This document shows positions 48,934 to 58,174 of a stretch of DNA of 64,000 nucleotides, one piece after another. The position numbers were made by a program, and so were the translations under genes. This stretch comes from a virus. Taxonomy: Duplodnaviria > Caudoviricetes. The stretch spans positions 287-64,286 of IMG/VR virus record IMGVR_UViG_3300037067_015318. One strand, written 5' to 3'. The notes below the pieces were generated by a model. That model searched no databases. It was given only the letters and a program-made list of their open reading frames with translations, and was not told the origin of the DNA. How positions within the stretch are numbered: the first letter of the stretch is position 1; each line of letters starts with the position of its first letter.

Positions 48934-49829
48934 GTTTTGATGCTTTGTCCTTCCTTAGGGAAAATGGGATACAGTACTTTGAGGAGGGGGCGAACGTCCA
49001 GAGTGGGTGGGTAGGAGTACAATGCCCCTTCTGTTCTGATCATTCAAACCATGGAGGGTTCAATCTCTCTGCTGGGTATTACAACTGCTGGCGGTGTGGT
49101 GGACATAGGGTTGTTGATTACATTGTCGAAGTCCTTCGGATACCAGAATATGAAGCATGGGATATTCATGATAGGTATTCCACGAGGGATCTTCTCCTAC
49201 ACAAGCTCAACTCGAAGAAGATTGCCAAAGCTCAGAGTGTCGAGATGCCAGGGGAAGAGCTTACGAAGTACCATCGCAGGTATCTCAAGTCGAGAGGGTT
49301 CGATCCTGATTTTATCCAATCCAAGTATGGTGTAAAAGGTACAGGGCCTTTAGGAGATTTCAAACTTCGGTTGATGATCCCTATAATATATCATAAGCAG
49401 GTTGTTTCGTATACAGGACGAGACATTACGGGTAGACAACAGATTCGATATAAGACCCTGCGAGTGGAGGACAGTGTTATCAATCCGAAACATGTGCTAT
49501 ATAATGTGGATAACTGCACTGGAGATTGGGTTGGTGTTGTCGAGGGTCCCATTGATTGTTGGAGGATGGGTGATAACTTCTGTGCAGGGTTGGGTACTAG
49601 TTTTACGGATCAGCAGATCCGTATGTTGTCTTTCTATGAGCGAGTGGCCTTTCTCTTTGATCCCGAACCTGAGGCACAAGCCCGAGCTGAGAAGTATGGG
49701 GTTCTCCTATCTTCTTTAGGAGTTAGGAAGGTGATAACAGTGGATGTTGAGCTCGATAAGGATCCAGGGGAGTTTTCTGAGAGGATGGCCTCCCGTGTTC
49801 GTGATAGGATTTTACATTTACTACGATAG
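48930..49829 (+). CDS. DNA primase (Zn finger plus TOPRIM)
   Basis: CPFC...CWRCG; VVEGPID; FDPE. Confidence 0.85.
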   Translation: MSFDALSFLRENGIQYFEEGANVQSGWVGVQCPFCSDHSNHGGFNLSAGYYNCWRCGGHRVVDYIVEVLRIPEYEAWDIHDRYSTRDLLLHKLNSKKIAKAQSVEMPGEELTKYHRRYLKSRGFDPDFIQSKYGVKGTGPLGDFKLRLMIPIIYHKQVVSYTGRDITGRQQIRYKTLRVEDSVINPKHVLYNVDNCTGDWVGVVEGPIDCWRMGDNFCAGLGTSFTDQQIRMLSFYERVAFLFDPEPEAQARAEKYGVLLSSLGVRKVITVDVELDKDPGEFSERMASRVRDRILHLLR

Positions 49830-49843
49830 ATGAGGGTGCAATA

Positions 49844-51484
49844 TTGAAGGTTGTCGACATGCATCAAGATCTCCTTTCTATCCGTTTCCGGATGGGTAAT
49901 AGATCGGAGTTTTTTGCGATTCTTGACAAGATAAAGAAAGGAGTTACTGGCAGATTCTGGGATGGCAAGACCAATTCATGGAAAGCTCCACCCAGCAAGA
50001 AAAATGTTGAGTACCTTAAGTCCCTGGGGTTCATACTGACAGCACCAGTTGAAGCAGTATTAGGGAAGGATACGGGTAGGACGTTTGTTGTACCTTCTTC
50101 TACTCCTGTTTCGATTGATGTTTCTAAGCTGGTTGGGTTCTTTCCTTATCAGATTGAAGGTGTTAGATTTCTTGAGACTCGGGGAGGTGTAGGCATTATT
50201 GGTGACGAGATGGGTCTAGGAAAGACTGTTCAGGCATTAGGGTATTTAATACTTCATCCTGATGAATTACCGGCTCTTGTGGTATGCCCGGCTGTTGCTA
50301 AGTACGTGTGGGTTGATGCTGCGATGCGTTGGATGGGACTACCAGAGAGTGAGATAGGAGTTCTCTCAGGGAGGTCTTCTTGTGAAGTGGATAAGAAGTC
50401 ACTGTATGTTATTAACTATGACATTCTCCGTGACTGGGAGGGTGTTCTTAAGGGGATGGGATTACGGGTACTAATTGGAGATGAGTCTCAGTACGTATCC
50501 AATCAGAAGGCGCAGAGGACAAAGGCACTTATTGGTATTGCAAGAAAAGTCCGGAAGCGGATCTTTCTCTCTGGCACCCCTATCAAGTCATATCCTTCTG
50601 AGTTTTTTACAGTACTAAATCTCGTGGACCCTCGAAACTTTCCTAATCATTGGGCATACCTACAGAGGTACTGCGATCCAAAGTATAATGGATTTGGGTG
50701 GGAGTTCAAAGGGGCGACGAATCAGTCTGAACTTCGGTGTTTGATACAGTCTGTGATGATACGGAGAGAGAAATCACAGGTATTGGCAGATCTTCCCCCT
50801 AAGTTGAAACAAGTAGTCTGTCTTGAATGTGAGCCCGTGGAGTATGCAGCATACTTGGATGCCGATACGGCATTTTGTGAGTGGGTGAAGACAAATGTTT
50901 CTAACAAGAAGACCGTTGAAGCTGAAAATCGATTGGAGGGATTGAAGCAGCTGGCATACTTGGCGAAAAGGAACTCCGTACTGCGTTGGATCGAGGAGTT
51001 TCTTCAGTCAGGCAAGAAGCTTGTAGTCTTTGCATCCCATCTCAAAGCCCTCGATGATATTCAGAGGAAGTTCTCTAGTATCTGCGTCCGTATTGATGGG
51101 AGTGTCAAAGCTGAGGATCGGAAGATAATTGAACACAGGTTTCAGAATGATGACTCAATTCAATTGTTCTTAGGGCAGACTACCGCAGCTAGTGTAGCTA
51201 TCACACTTACTGCTGCATCCTCTGTAGCTATTGTTGAATTCCCGCGTCACAATGCCGATATCGACCAGGCATTGGATCGGTGCCATCGTATTGGACAGAA
51301 GGATACAGTGAATGGTTACTTTCTTGTCGCGAATGGTACAGTCGAGAATAGAATCATCAAACATTTTGACAAGAACAGAGGAGTTGTAACAAATCTCCTT
51401 GATGGTAGAGAAGTTGAGACTACTGATCTTTTGGAGAATCTTCTTGAGGATTACCTAAAGGAAGGGGCTATCTGTGAAAGCTAA
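49844..51484 (+). CDS. SNF2-family helicase/annealing ATPase
   Basis: DEMGLGKT, DESQ, LSGTP and QALDRCHRIGQ motifs. Confidence 0.9.
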   Translation: MKVVDMHQDLLSIRFRMGNRSEFFAILDKIKKGVTGRFWDGKTNSWKAPPSKKNVEYLKSLGFILTAPVEAVLGKDTGRTFVVPSSTPVSIDVSKLVGFFPYQIEGVRFLETRGGVGIIGDEMGLGKTVQALGYLILHPDELPALVVCPAVAKYVWVDAAMRWMGLPESEIGVLSGRSSCEVDKKSLYVINYDILRDWEGVLKGMGLRVLIGDESQYVSNQKAQRTKALIGIARKVRKRIFLSGTPIKSYPSEFFTVLNLVDPRNFPNHWAYLQRYCDPKYNGFGWEFKGATNQSELRCLIQSVMIRREKSQVLADLPPKLKQVVCLECEPVEYAAYLDADTAFCEWVKTNVSNKKTVEAENRLEGLKQLAYLAKRNSVLRWIEEFLQSGKKLVVFASHLKALDDIQRKFSSICVRIDGSVKAEDRKIIEHRFQNDDSIQLFLGQTTAASVAITLTAASSVAIVEFPRHNADIDQALDRCHRIGQKDTVNGYFLVANGTVENRIIKHFDKNRGVVTNLLDGREVETTDLLENLLEDYLKEGAICES

Positions 51485-52913
51485 AGAGATTGATACATCT
51501 GTAGAAAGACAGATTGTGACGTATGCAATCACTTCTACAAGGTTCCTTCGGGATGTTGGTTCCGCCCTGCGCCCAGAGAATCTGAAGTCAGCGTATGCCA
51601 GAACTGTTGTGAAGTGGGTTTTGGAGTATTACACTGAGTATCACGAGGCCCCTGGGAAGCATATTCAAGAGCTGTATCAAAAGAACTTCACCCAAGTTCG
51701 GGATGAGGATGAAACCGAGCTCATTTCGGAGTTCTTAGTACGTCTTTCAGATCGCTATAAGAACGAGACAATATCGCCAGAGAAAGACAATATCGAGTTT
51801 ATTGTAACGAATGCCACGACGTATTTGAGATTACAGAAGCTAGAGCGGCTGAAAGAGTCAATAGAACTTGCTGTTCTGAACAAGGACCCAACGAAAGGAG
51901 AGCAGGAAGTTGGAAGTTTTCAGCGTGTTGGTACGATAAGGGATAAAGGTGTTTCTATATTTGATGATACTGTGGCAGTTACAACAGCATTCCTCGAAGA
52001 AGAAGATGTCCTGTTCAGATTTCCAGGAATACTTGGAGACGAGTTGGGTCCTTTCGTGCGAGGGGATCTTGTGTCGTATATGGCAGCTTCAAAAAGAGGG
52101 AAGTCATGGTGGGAATGGTACACAGGTCAAATTGCGGCTTATTATGGATACCATGTTGTCTTTTTTAACCTTGAGATGACTCCTAATCAAATTATTAGGA
52201 GGGCGTGGACTTCATTAACTGGTGTTCCTCGTAGGAGGAAGGCAGGACAGGCGAAACGGATTATTAGTGTCCCTTATTTTGACTCTGAGAACGAGGATGG
52301 TCCATGGACAGTAGAGGAAGCGAAGAAAGAGTATAAGACGATTGATCTCTCATCAGTACGGCTGAAGCAAAAGAATTTCAGACGGCAGTTTCATTCAGGT
52401 AATGTTAGGATTTTCTCTCTTCCCGCGTACTCTGCTACATTGAAGGATATAGTAGCGCATCTTGATAACCTGTATTACTATGATGATTACGTTCCCGATG
52501 TTGTTGTTGTGGATTATGCAGATCTTCTTGTTCCAAGTAATGCTCGGGTTGAGACTCGCCACCAATTGGATGAGATCTGGAAAGGGTTGCGACGGATAGG
52601 ACAGGAGAGGAATTGTCTTGTTGTTACTGCCTCTCAGGCAGGAAGAGCTGCTTTCGATGCGGATGCCACCGAGAAGGATATTTCAGAAGACATTAGGAAG
52701 ATTGCACATGTAGCGAAGTTGGTATCTATTAACCAGACCCGTCCTGAGCGAGATATTGGTGTATGCAGGCTTAGACAGCTTGTGGAACGTGATGATAGGA
52801 TGGGTGGGGGCAAGGTGGTTGTGTTACAGTGCTTAGATTTGGGTCAGGTGTGTTTGGATTCTCGATTACAGGAGGATGTCATTCTTCCTACTTCCCCAGG
52901 TTCTAAGAGTTGA
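51474..52913 (+). CDS. DnaB-like replicative helicase
   Basis: AASKRGKS, FNLEM, VVDYADL and TASQ motifs. Confidence 0.85.
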   Translation: MKAKEIDTSVERQIVTYAITSTRFLRDVGSALRPENLKSAYARTVVKWVLEYYTEYHEAPGKHIQELYQKNFTQVRDEDETELISEFLVRLSDRYKNETISPEKDNIEFIVTNATTYLRLQKLERLKESIELAVLNKDPTKGEQEVGSFQRVGTIRDKGVSIFDDTVAVTTAFLEEEDVLFRFPGILGDELGPFVRGDLVSYMAASKRGKSWWEWYTGQIAAYYGYHVVFFNLEMTPNQIIRRAWTSLTGVPRRRKAGQAKRIISVPYFDSENEDGPWTVEEAKKEYKTIDLSSVRLKQKNFRRQFHSGNVRIFSLPAYSATLKDIVAHLDNLYYYDDYVPDVVVVDYADLLVPSNARVETRHQLDEIWKGLRRIGQERNCLVVTASQAGRAAFDADATEKDISEDIRKIAHVAKLVSINQTRPERDIGVCRLRQLVERDDRMGGGKVVVLQCLDLGQVCLDSRLQEDVILPTSPGSKS

Positions 52914-52917
52914 AAAG

Positions 52918-52956
52918 TTTTTCAACTCTCGGGGTGTGATATCAATAATATATTGA
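52918..52956 (+). promoter_or_regulatory. Candidate phage-specific promoter, copy 2, overlapping the palindrome TCAATA-ATA-TATTGA
   Basis: TTTTTCAA-N17-CAATAATA. Confidence 0.65.
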
Positions 52957-52977
52957 AAGGATTGAGGAGGAGTTTTC

Positions 52978-53316
52978 ATGTTTATAGTTCAGAAGACTAT
53001 GGAGGTCTCAGCGGCTCATTCCCTTGAGTTAACTTACCAATCACCTTGTTCCTCTCTCCATGGGCACAATTGGATGGTGACTGTCTTTTGCCGCTGTAAG
53101 GATGACCAGTTGGATGAGAATGGGATGGTCATTGATTTTACTAAGATCAAGAAAGTTGTCAACAGACTTGATCATTGTTCCCTCAATACAATTATTCCAC
53201 AGCCCACCGCCGAGAATATTGCCAAGTATCTTGTAGAAGAGATTCCCCTCTGTTTCAAAGTGGAGATTGAGGAGACTCGAGGAAATAAGGTGATATATGA
53301 GCCAGACTGTGACTAA
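52978..53316 (+). CDS. queD: 6-carboxy-5,6,7,8-tetrahydropterin synthase
   Basis: SAAH, CSSLHGHNW, LDH and PTAENIA motifs. Confidence 0.9.
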   Translation: MFIVQKTMEVSAAHSLELTYQSPCSSLHGHNWMVTVFCRCKDDQLDENGMVIDFTKIKKVVNRLDHCSLNTIIPQPTAENIAKYLVEEIPLCFKVEIEETRGNKVIYEPDCD

Positions 53317-53911
53317 GATTCGTATTAACGAGATTTTCTACAGTATTCAAGGTGAAGGATATTGGACAGGGTCTCCTGTAGTGTTCATTCGTTTCTCAGG
53401 ATGTAATCGCCACTGTTCCTGGTGTGATACCGAACATTCTTCATATGAGGAGATGACTGTAGAGCAGATTATTCAGAAGGTTACTACGTTGGTTCCAAAG
53501 TCTACAGACCGAAGAACCACTGTTGTTATCACTGGAGGGGAGCCCTGTTATCAGTTGAAGGAACTCCGTGATTTAACATCCTCCCTACTTTTTGATGTAG
53601 GAGCTCGTGTCCATATTGAGACGAATGGGGATGTAAAATTACATAGAGATTTCGAACAAGATACTTGGTTGACTGTCAGTCCCAAAGGTCCTGAGTGGGT
53701 ACAGCGTGCGGGAAGCGAGTTGAAGGTTGTTTATACAGGGCAATCGTCCGATGAGTTGAATGAGTACCTCAAGTATGATTTTGAGAACTTCTTCCTCCAG
53801 CCCTGTTCTACTCCCGAGGGTTCGAATGTTAGGGAAGTAGTAGAGATTATCAAATTGGAACCTCGGTGGAGGCTCTCGTTACAAACACATAAGTTGATAG
53901 GAGTAAAATGA
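53297..53911 (+). CDS. queE: 7-carboxy-7-deazaguanine synthase (radical SAM)
   Basis: EIFYSIQGEG, CNRHCSWCDT, TGGEP, IETNG and LSLQTHK motifs. Confidence 0.92.
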   Translation: MSQTVTKIRINEIFYSIQGEGYWTGSPVVFIRFSGCNRHCSWCDTEHSSYEEMTVEQIIQKVTTLVPKSTDRRTTVVITGGEPCYQLKELRDLTSSLLFDVGARVHIETNGDVKLHRDFEQDTWLTVSPKGPEWVQRAGSELKVVYTGQSSDELNEYLKYDFENFFLQPCSTPEGSNVREVVEIIKLEPRWRLSLQTHKLIGVK

Positions 53912-54630
53912 TGATTGCTACCTGTTTTCGTTGTGGGGTAAGTCTTCCTCTTGAGCCGTCCCATCATGATATTCATATCAAGCAGCTTTGTGATTCCTGC
54001 TGGCGCAAACTGAGAGATCTTAAAGACGTCCTATCTGACGAGTTTGTAGGGATCTATAAGGTGGAGCAGGGGATGACTACTATCCTTGAGGGTCTTCGGG
54101 ATACATTCGGTCTGGATATTGAGGATGAGAATTTTAAGGATACTCCTCGTAGAGTTGCTCGCGCCTACGCTGAGATCTTTCGTGGGATCAAGGACACTGA
54201 TTTACAAGTACAGAATATCCTTAATACCTCTTTTCCTTCCACTGTTTCAGAGATGATAGTTGTGAAGGATATCAAAGCGTTTTCAATGTGCCCACACCAC
54301 TTCCTCCCTGTGGAGTATGATATTGCTGTAGCGTACATTTCGAAGGATCGCGTACTGGGGATTTCGAAGTTAGCTAGGTTAGCTGAATTACTGGCGAAGC
54401 GTCCAGTTCTGCAGGAGACCTTCACTGAGGACATCGCAGAGAGGTTGTACACAGGAATTGGAGCACAAGGTGTTGGTGTGTACGTTGAGGGAGCTCATTC
54501 CTGTATGCGTATGAGGGGTGCTGGTCAGGTGAATTCTAAGACGATTACTTCGGCCCTTCGGGGTTCTTTTATGGAATCAGCGGTTCGAGGAGAATTCTTG
54601 TCATTGATTTCTAAAGGAGGCACTCTTTGA
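53908..54630 (+). CDS. folE: GTP cyclohydrolase I with Cys-rich N-terminal extension
   Basis: DTPRRVA, SMCPHHFLP, GISKLAR, LQE and HSCMRMRG motifs. Confidence 0.92.
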   Translation: MMIATCFRCGVSLPLEPSHHDIHIKQLCDSCWRKLRDLKDVLSDEFVGIYKVEQGMTTILEGLRDTFGLDIEDENFKDTPRRVARAYAEIFRGIKDTDLQVQNILNTSFPSTVSEMIVVKDIKAFSMCPHHFLPVEYDIAVAYISKDRVLGISKLARLAELLAKRPVLQETFTEDIAERLYTGIGAQGVGVYVEGAHSCMRMRGAGQVNSKTITSALRGSFMESAVRGEFLSLISKGGTL

Positions 54631-55271
54631 GAAATAAACTAATCATTGTCTCTGGGGGGATGGATTCCGTGACTCTTCTCCACCAGAGGAAGATGGAGAT
54701 TCGGGAAGCCCTTTCTTTCACATATGGGCAGAAGCACAAGAAGGAAGTACAGTTTGCACTCAGGAATTGCGAGCGCCTTGGGATCAGGTGGAGGCTAGTC
54801 GATCTGTCAGTCCTGCTCCCCCACCTGCGTTCCAATCTACTCGATGGAGGTGGGGCAATTCCTGAGGGGCATTATGAGGATCAGAATCAGAAATTGACGG
54901 TAGTGCCCTTCCGGAACGGTATTATGTTATCCATTGCCTGTGGAATCGCTGAGTCCTGTGAGTGCAACTCGGTTTTGATTGCCAATCATGCGGGGGATCA
55001 TGCTATCTATCCTGATTGTCGGGATGCTTTCATTGATCCGATGGGTGCCGCCATGTCAAGTGGTACTTACAGACATATTCAGCTCGAGGCTCCTTATACG
55101 CATCTTACAAAACGTGATATTGGCCTGATGGGATACAGATTGGGTATCGACTACGGCCAGGATACGTGGACTTGTTACAAAGGAAACGATGTTCACTGTG
55201 GGAAGTGTGGTTCCTGTGTTGAGAGGAAAGAAGCACTCCAAGGGTTTGATACCACAGTGTATGAGGAGTAA
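54627..55271 (+). CDS. queC: 7-cyano-7-deazaguanine (preQ0) synthase
   Basis: SGGMDS, VPFRNG, YPDCR and TWTCY...CGKCGSC motifs. Confidence 0.93.
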   Translation: MRNKLIIVSGGMDSVTLLHQRKMEIREALSFTYGQKHKKEVQFALRNCERLGIRWRLVDLSVLLPHLRSNLLDGGGAIPEGHYEDQNQKLTVVPFRNGIMLSIACGIAESCECNSVLIANHAGDHAIYPDCRDAFIDPMGAAMSSGTYRHIQLEAPYTHLTKRDIGLMGYRLGIDYGQDTWTCYKGNDVHCGKCGSCVERKEALQGFDTTVYEE

Positions 55272-55274
55272 TAG

Positions 55275-55592
55275 ATGAAACTGTCTGAGTTACGACCCTG
55301 TGATAATTGTGGGAACCCCATCAATCCAATTTTCTACGTGGTCCGATATTCTATGGCCGTCATTGACCAGCAGGCAGCTCGAGGTACACTTGGGTTGAGC
55401 CAGATGTTCGGAGGGCAGTTAGGGTTGGCTGAGGTCCTTGCCCCCTCACCCGATGCTGCTAAGGTGTTGATGGATGAGCCCAATGAGAAGGGCAGTCGTA
55501 CAGAAGTCTTTCTTTGCCCCGATTGTTATTGTCAGGATATCAATCTCGCAGTCCTAGCTGAGAAAATAACGAAAGAAGAAGGAGAGGAGTAG
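55275..55592 (+). CDS. Hypothetical Zn-binding protein within the que cluster
   Basis: CDNC ... CPDC. Confidence 0.55.
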   Translation: MKLSELRPCDNCGNPINPIFYVVRYSMAVIDQQAARGTLGLSQMFGGQLGLAEVLAPSPDAAKVLMDEPNEKGSRTEVFLCPDCYCQDINLAVLAEKITKEEGEE

Positions 55593-55594
55593 GG

Positions 55595-56044
55595 ATGAAA
55601 ACAACGCTACAAGATATTGCAAATTGGGTTCCTCTGGCACAGATGGAATCGGCAAGTGATAAGGTCTACCTGGAACGGATCCAGGGAGCCATGGAAGTGG
55701 ATCTTCCTCATCAGGACCTTGTCCTTATCCCTTATATCGGTCGTCCAGAGCTAGTGGAATATTCCTCAGACGAGTTGATTGCATTGTGCCCTGTGACATT
55801 CCTCCCTGACATTTACAAGGTGCGTATCCGTTACGTACCAGGTAAGGTAATCCCCGAACTGAAGTCCCTGAAGTACCACTTTTTGGACTATGCGAAGTTG
55901 CCGATCTCACACGAACATCTCGCATCCCGTATCTACGCCCAGTTCAAGGAGCAAGTCCAGCCTGTGGCGCTTCATGTCATCCTGGATGTGGCTGTTCGAG
56001 GAGGCATCAAGACAACGGTTAGTATTGGGGCGGAAACTTTATGA
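55595..56044 (+). CDS. queF: preQ0 reductase (short QueF type)
   Basis: ELIALCPVT..PD, ELKSLK, SHE and VRGGI motifs. Confidence 0.85.
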   Translation: MKTTLQDIANWVPLAQMESASDKVYLERIQGAMEVDLPHQDLVLIPYIGRPELVEYSSDELIALCPVTFLPDIYKVRIRYVPGKVIPELKSLKYHFLDYAKLPISHEHLASRIYAQFKEQVQPVALHVILDVAVRGGIKTTVSIGAETL

Positions 56045-56919
56045 AGATATCGTTACTTCTGGATTCCGGGGCTTTCTCAGCATGGACAAGAAAGACTCCC
56101 GTAGACATCGACGCTTATATTTCTTTCATCCAAGAGTATAAGGATCAGTTCGAGTACTATGTCAATCTTGACTGTATTCCCGGGGAATGGGGAAGGAAGC
56201 CCTCGCGTGATGAGATAGAGAAGTCAGCTCAGAAAGGGTACGAGAATTATCATTACATGTTGAGTAAGGGTATTCCCAAAGAGCGTTTGATTCATGTTTT
56301 CCATCAGCACGAAGACTGGAAGTGGCTGAAGAAGATGGTGCAGGAAATCCCTTACATTGGGCTTTCCCCTGCGAACGATTCCAGCCAGGACAGTAAACAA
56401 CGGTGGTTGGATGAGTGCATGCAGTATACCACCGATTCACGAGGATACCCACTTGTGAAGACGCATGGGTTTGCGGTTACAAGTGTTTCTCTCATGTATC
56501 GTTATCCCTGGTTTTCGGCGGATTCAATGAGCTGGAGGATGTGTGCTGGGTATGGCTCAGTTTTCGTGCCCACTTGGAATATGAAAGGTGAGTTTGTGTA
56601 TGACAGGACACCCCTTGTGATTAAGTTCACGAGTAAGGGAGGTACATCGCAGGCGATGGTTCGAGCCTTTGACTACCTTTCAGCACACCGGAGGGAGAAG
56701 GTTGCAGAATATATACATTCCAAAGGGTTTGTGATAGGTTCGTCAGAGGTCAAGGATGGGGAGGAGCATATTGTCGAAGAGGGGTTATGTAATTCCCATC
56801 GTCACAGGGAGCTCATGAACATTCTGTATTTTCAGGACTTTCTTTCCCGTCTTGAACCATTCCCTCACCGCAGGTACCGTGGGAAGGATCTATCCTCTCA
56901 GGAGTTCAGTTTTGTGTAG
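56041..56919 (+). CDS. DpdA-like 7-deazaguanine DNA transglycosylase (TGT-fold)
   Basis: LLDSGAFS, NLD, VFHQ, YIGL, HGFA and SADSMSW motifs; next to the que genes. Confidence 0.7.
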   Translation: MKISLLLDSGAFSAWTRKTPVDIDAYISFIQEYKDQFEYYVNLDCIPGEWGRKPSRDEIEKSAQKGYENYHYMLSKGIPKERLIHVFHQHEDWKWLKKMVQEIPYIGLSPANDSSQDSKQRWLDECMQYTTDSRGYPLVKTHGFAVTSVSLMYRYPWFSADSMSWRMCAGYGSVFVPTWNMKGEFVYDRTPLVIKFTSKGGTSQAMVRAFDYLSAHRREKVAEYIHSKGFVIGSSEVKDGEEHIVEEGLCNSHRHRELMNILYFQDFLSRLEPFPHRRYRGKDLSSQEFSFV

Positions 56920-56949
56920 TACAAGATTTTACGAGAATACGGGGGATAT

Positions 56950-57198
56950 ATGAGAATCTACTTTGCTGGATTTTACAATTTGAAACCCGAGTACCTCAAA
57001 AGGATTGAGGGTATAGAAGAATTGTTCGTGTTGCGCTCATATTATTACCGTCAGGATATGATGCAGTTCTTGAAAGCTACTAAGAAACATATGGATCAAT
57101 TACAAGGGGGAGATAATGGCATCAGTGAACAGGGAGAAGTTGCTCCAACGTCTTCAGAATGCGATAGTAGGGGCGGAGAAGGGGGAGTTTTTAACTAA
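56950..57198 (+). CDS. Small protein resembling the N-terminal module of DpdA-like proteins
   Basis: MRIYFAG ... LRSYYY. Confidence 0.4.
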   Translation: MRIYFAGFYNLKPEYLKRIEGIEELFVLRSYYYRQDMMQFLKATKKHMDQLQGGDNGISEQGEVAPTSSECDSRGGEGGVFN

Positions 57199-58174
57199 TG
57201 CCTTCTCCTTTCGTGATGGTTATGTACACACGTTCAAAGATTTCATAGCGTTGTCGATATATCTGGGGGATGAGTTCAAGTTCCTCACAGGGTCTATCAG
57301 GGCTACCGAATTCTTTGCACTCCTGTCGAAGTATACCAGTGACACAATCGACATAACTACGTCTGAGAGCGGCTTGGAGATTTCCAGTGGGCGGTCCCAC
57401 GCTGTCTTCACGTTCCTAGAAGATTCCGTCCTGAAACAGGTGGACAATATGGCTCTATCTACGCTGGTCTGGAATCCCATACCCGTAGAGTTTCGGGAGG
57501 CTCTGTCATACTGCTTACTTGGGGCGCGGGAGTACAACTTGGAAGGGGTGCGTGTACGAGGGGATGTGGTGCTGTCTGTTGACTCGAAGAGAGCCAATCG
57601 TTTCGTGATGTCCAGCAATGGGGGTGATTTCCTTCTGGAAGAGCGCGTAGTATCTGAGCTCCTCAAGTTTCAGGATTTCGTGGAATATTCCGTTTCCCCT
57701 CAGCGCGTGTTCATCCGATTGAATGGTGGTACGATCGTCTCGGGTAGACGGAAGGTTGATTCCGAGTACCCAACAGACAAGATACTTAGGATGATCGAAA
57801 CGTTAGCTCCAGATAAGGCTGACCCTCATGGTGTACTTCCCGAAGGGTTCCGTGCAATGATGTCGCGAGCTTCCATTCTGTCCGGTGACCTGTCAGGATT
57901 GTCGGTTGTGAAGTTGACCTTTACTAAGGAGTGCATTCAGGCCTCCTCCCAACGTTCCACAGGTAAGTATGATGAGAAGCTAGGGTGGGAGAAAGAACCC
58001 GAAGGTCTTGAGGAGCCAATCACAGTTTGTTTGGAGTCCTCATCAGCGTTCTATGCCCTTGAGAAGTCATCCACGTTTGCTATCAAATCAGTAAATGGGT
58101 TGAAGCGGTTTGTATTCATTGGAGAGAACTGCTCTTGTTACCTTGCTGCATATATGGAGCGTACTGGTGAATGA
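57116..58174 (+). CDS. Sliding clamp (beta-clamp-like)
   Basis: 352 aa, VNREKLLQRL start, three-domain length, SEYP motif; next to the polymerase. Confidence 0.65.
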   Translation: MASVNREKLLQRLQNAIVGAEKGEFLTNAFSFRDGYVHTFKDFIALSIYLGDEFKFLTGSIRATEFFALLSKYTSDTIDITTSESGLEISSGRSHAVFTFLEDSVLKQVDNMALSTLVWNPIPVEFREALSYCLLGAREYNLEGVRVRGDVVLSVDSKRANRFVMSSNGGDFLLEERVVSELLKFQDFVEYSVSPQRVFIRLNGGTIVSGRRKVDSEYPTDKILRMIETLAPDKADPHGVLPEGFRAMMSRASILSGDLSGLSVVKLTFTKECIQASSQRSTGKYDEKLGWEKEPEGLEEPITVCLESSSAFYALEKSSTFAIKSVNGLKRFVFIGENCSCYLAAYMERTGE

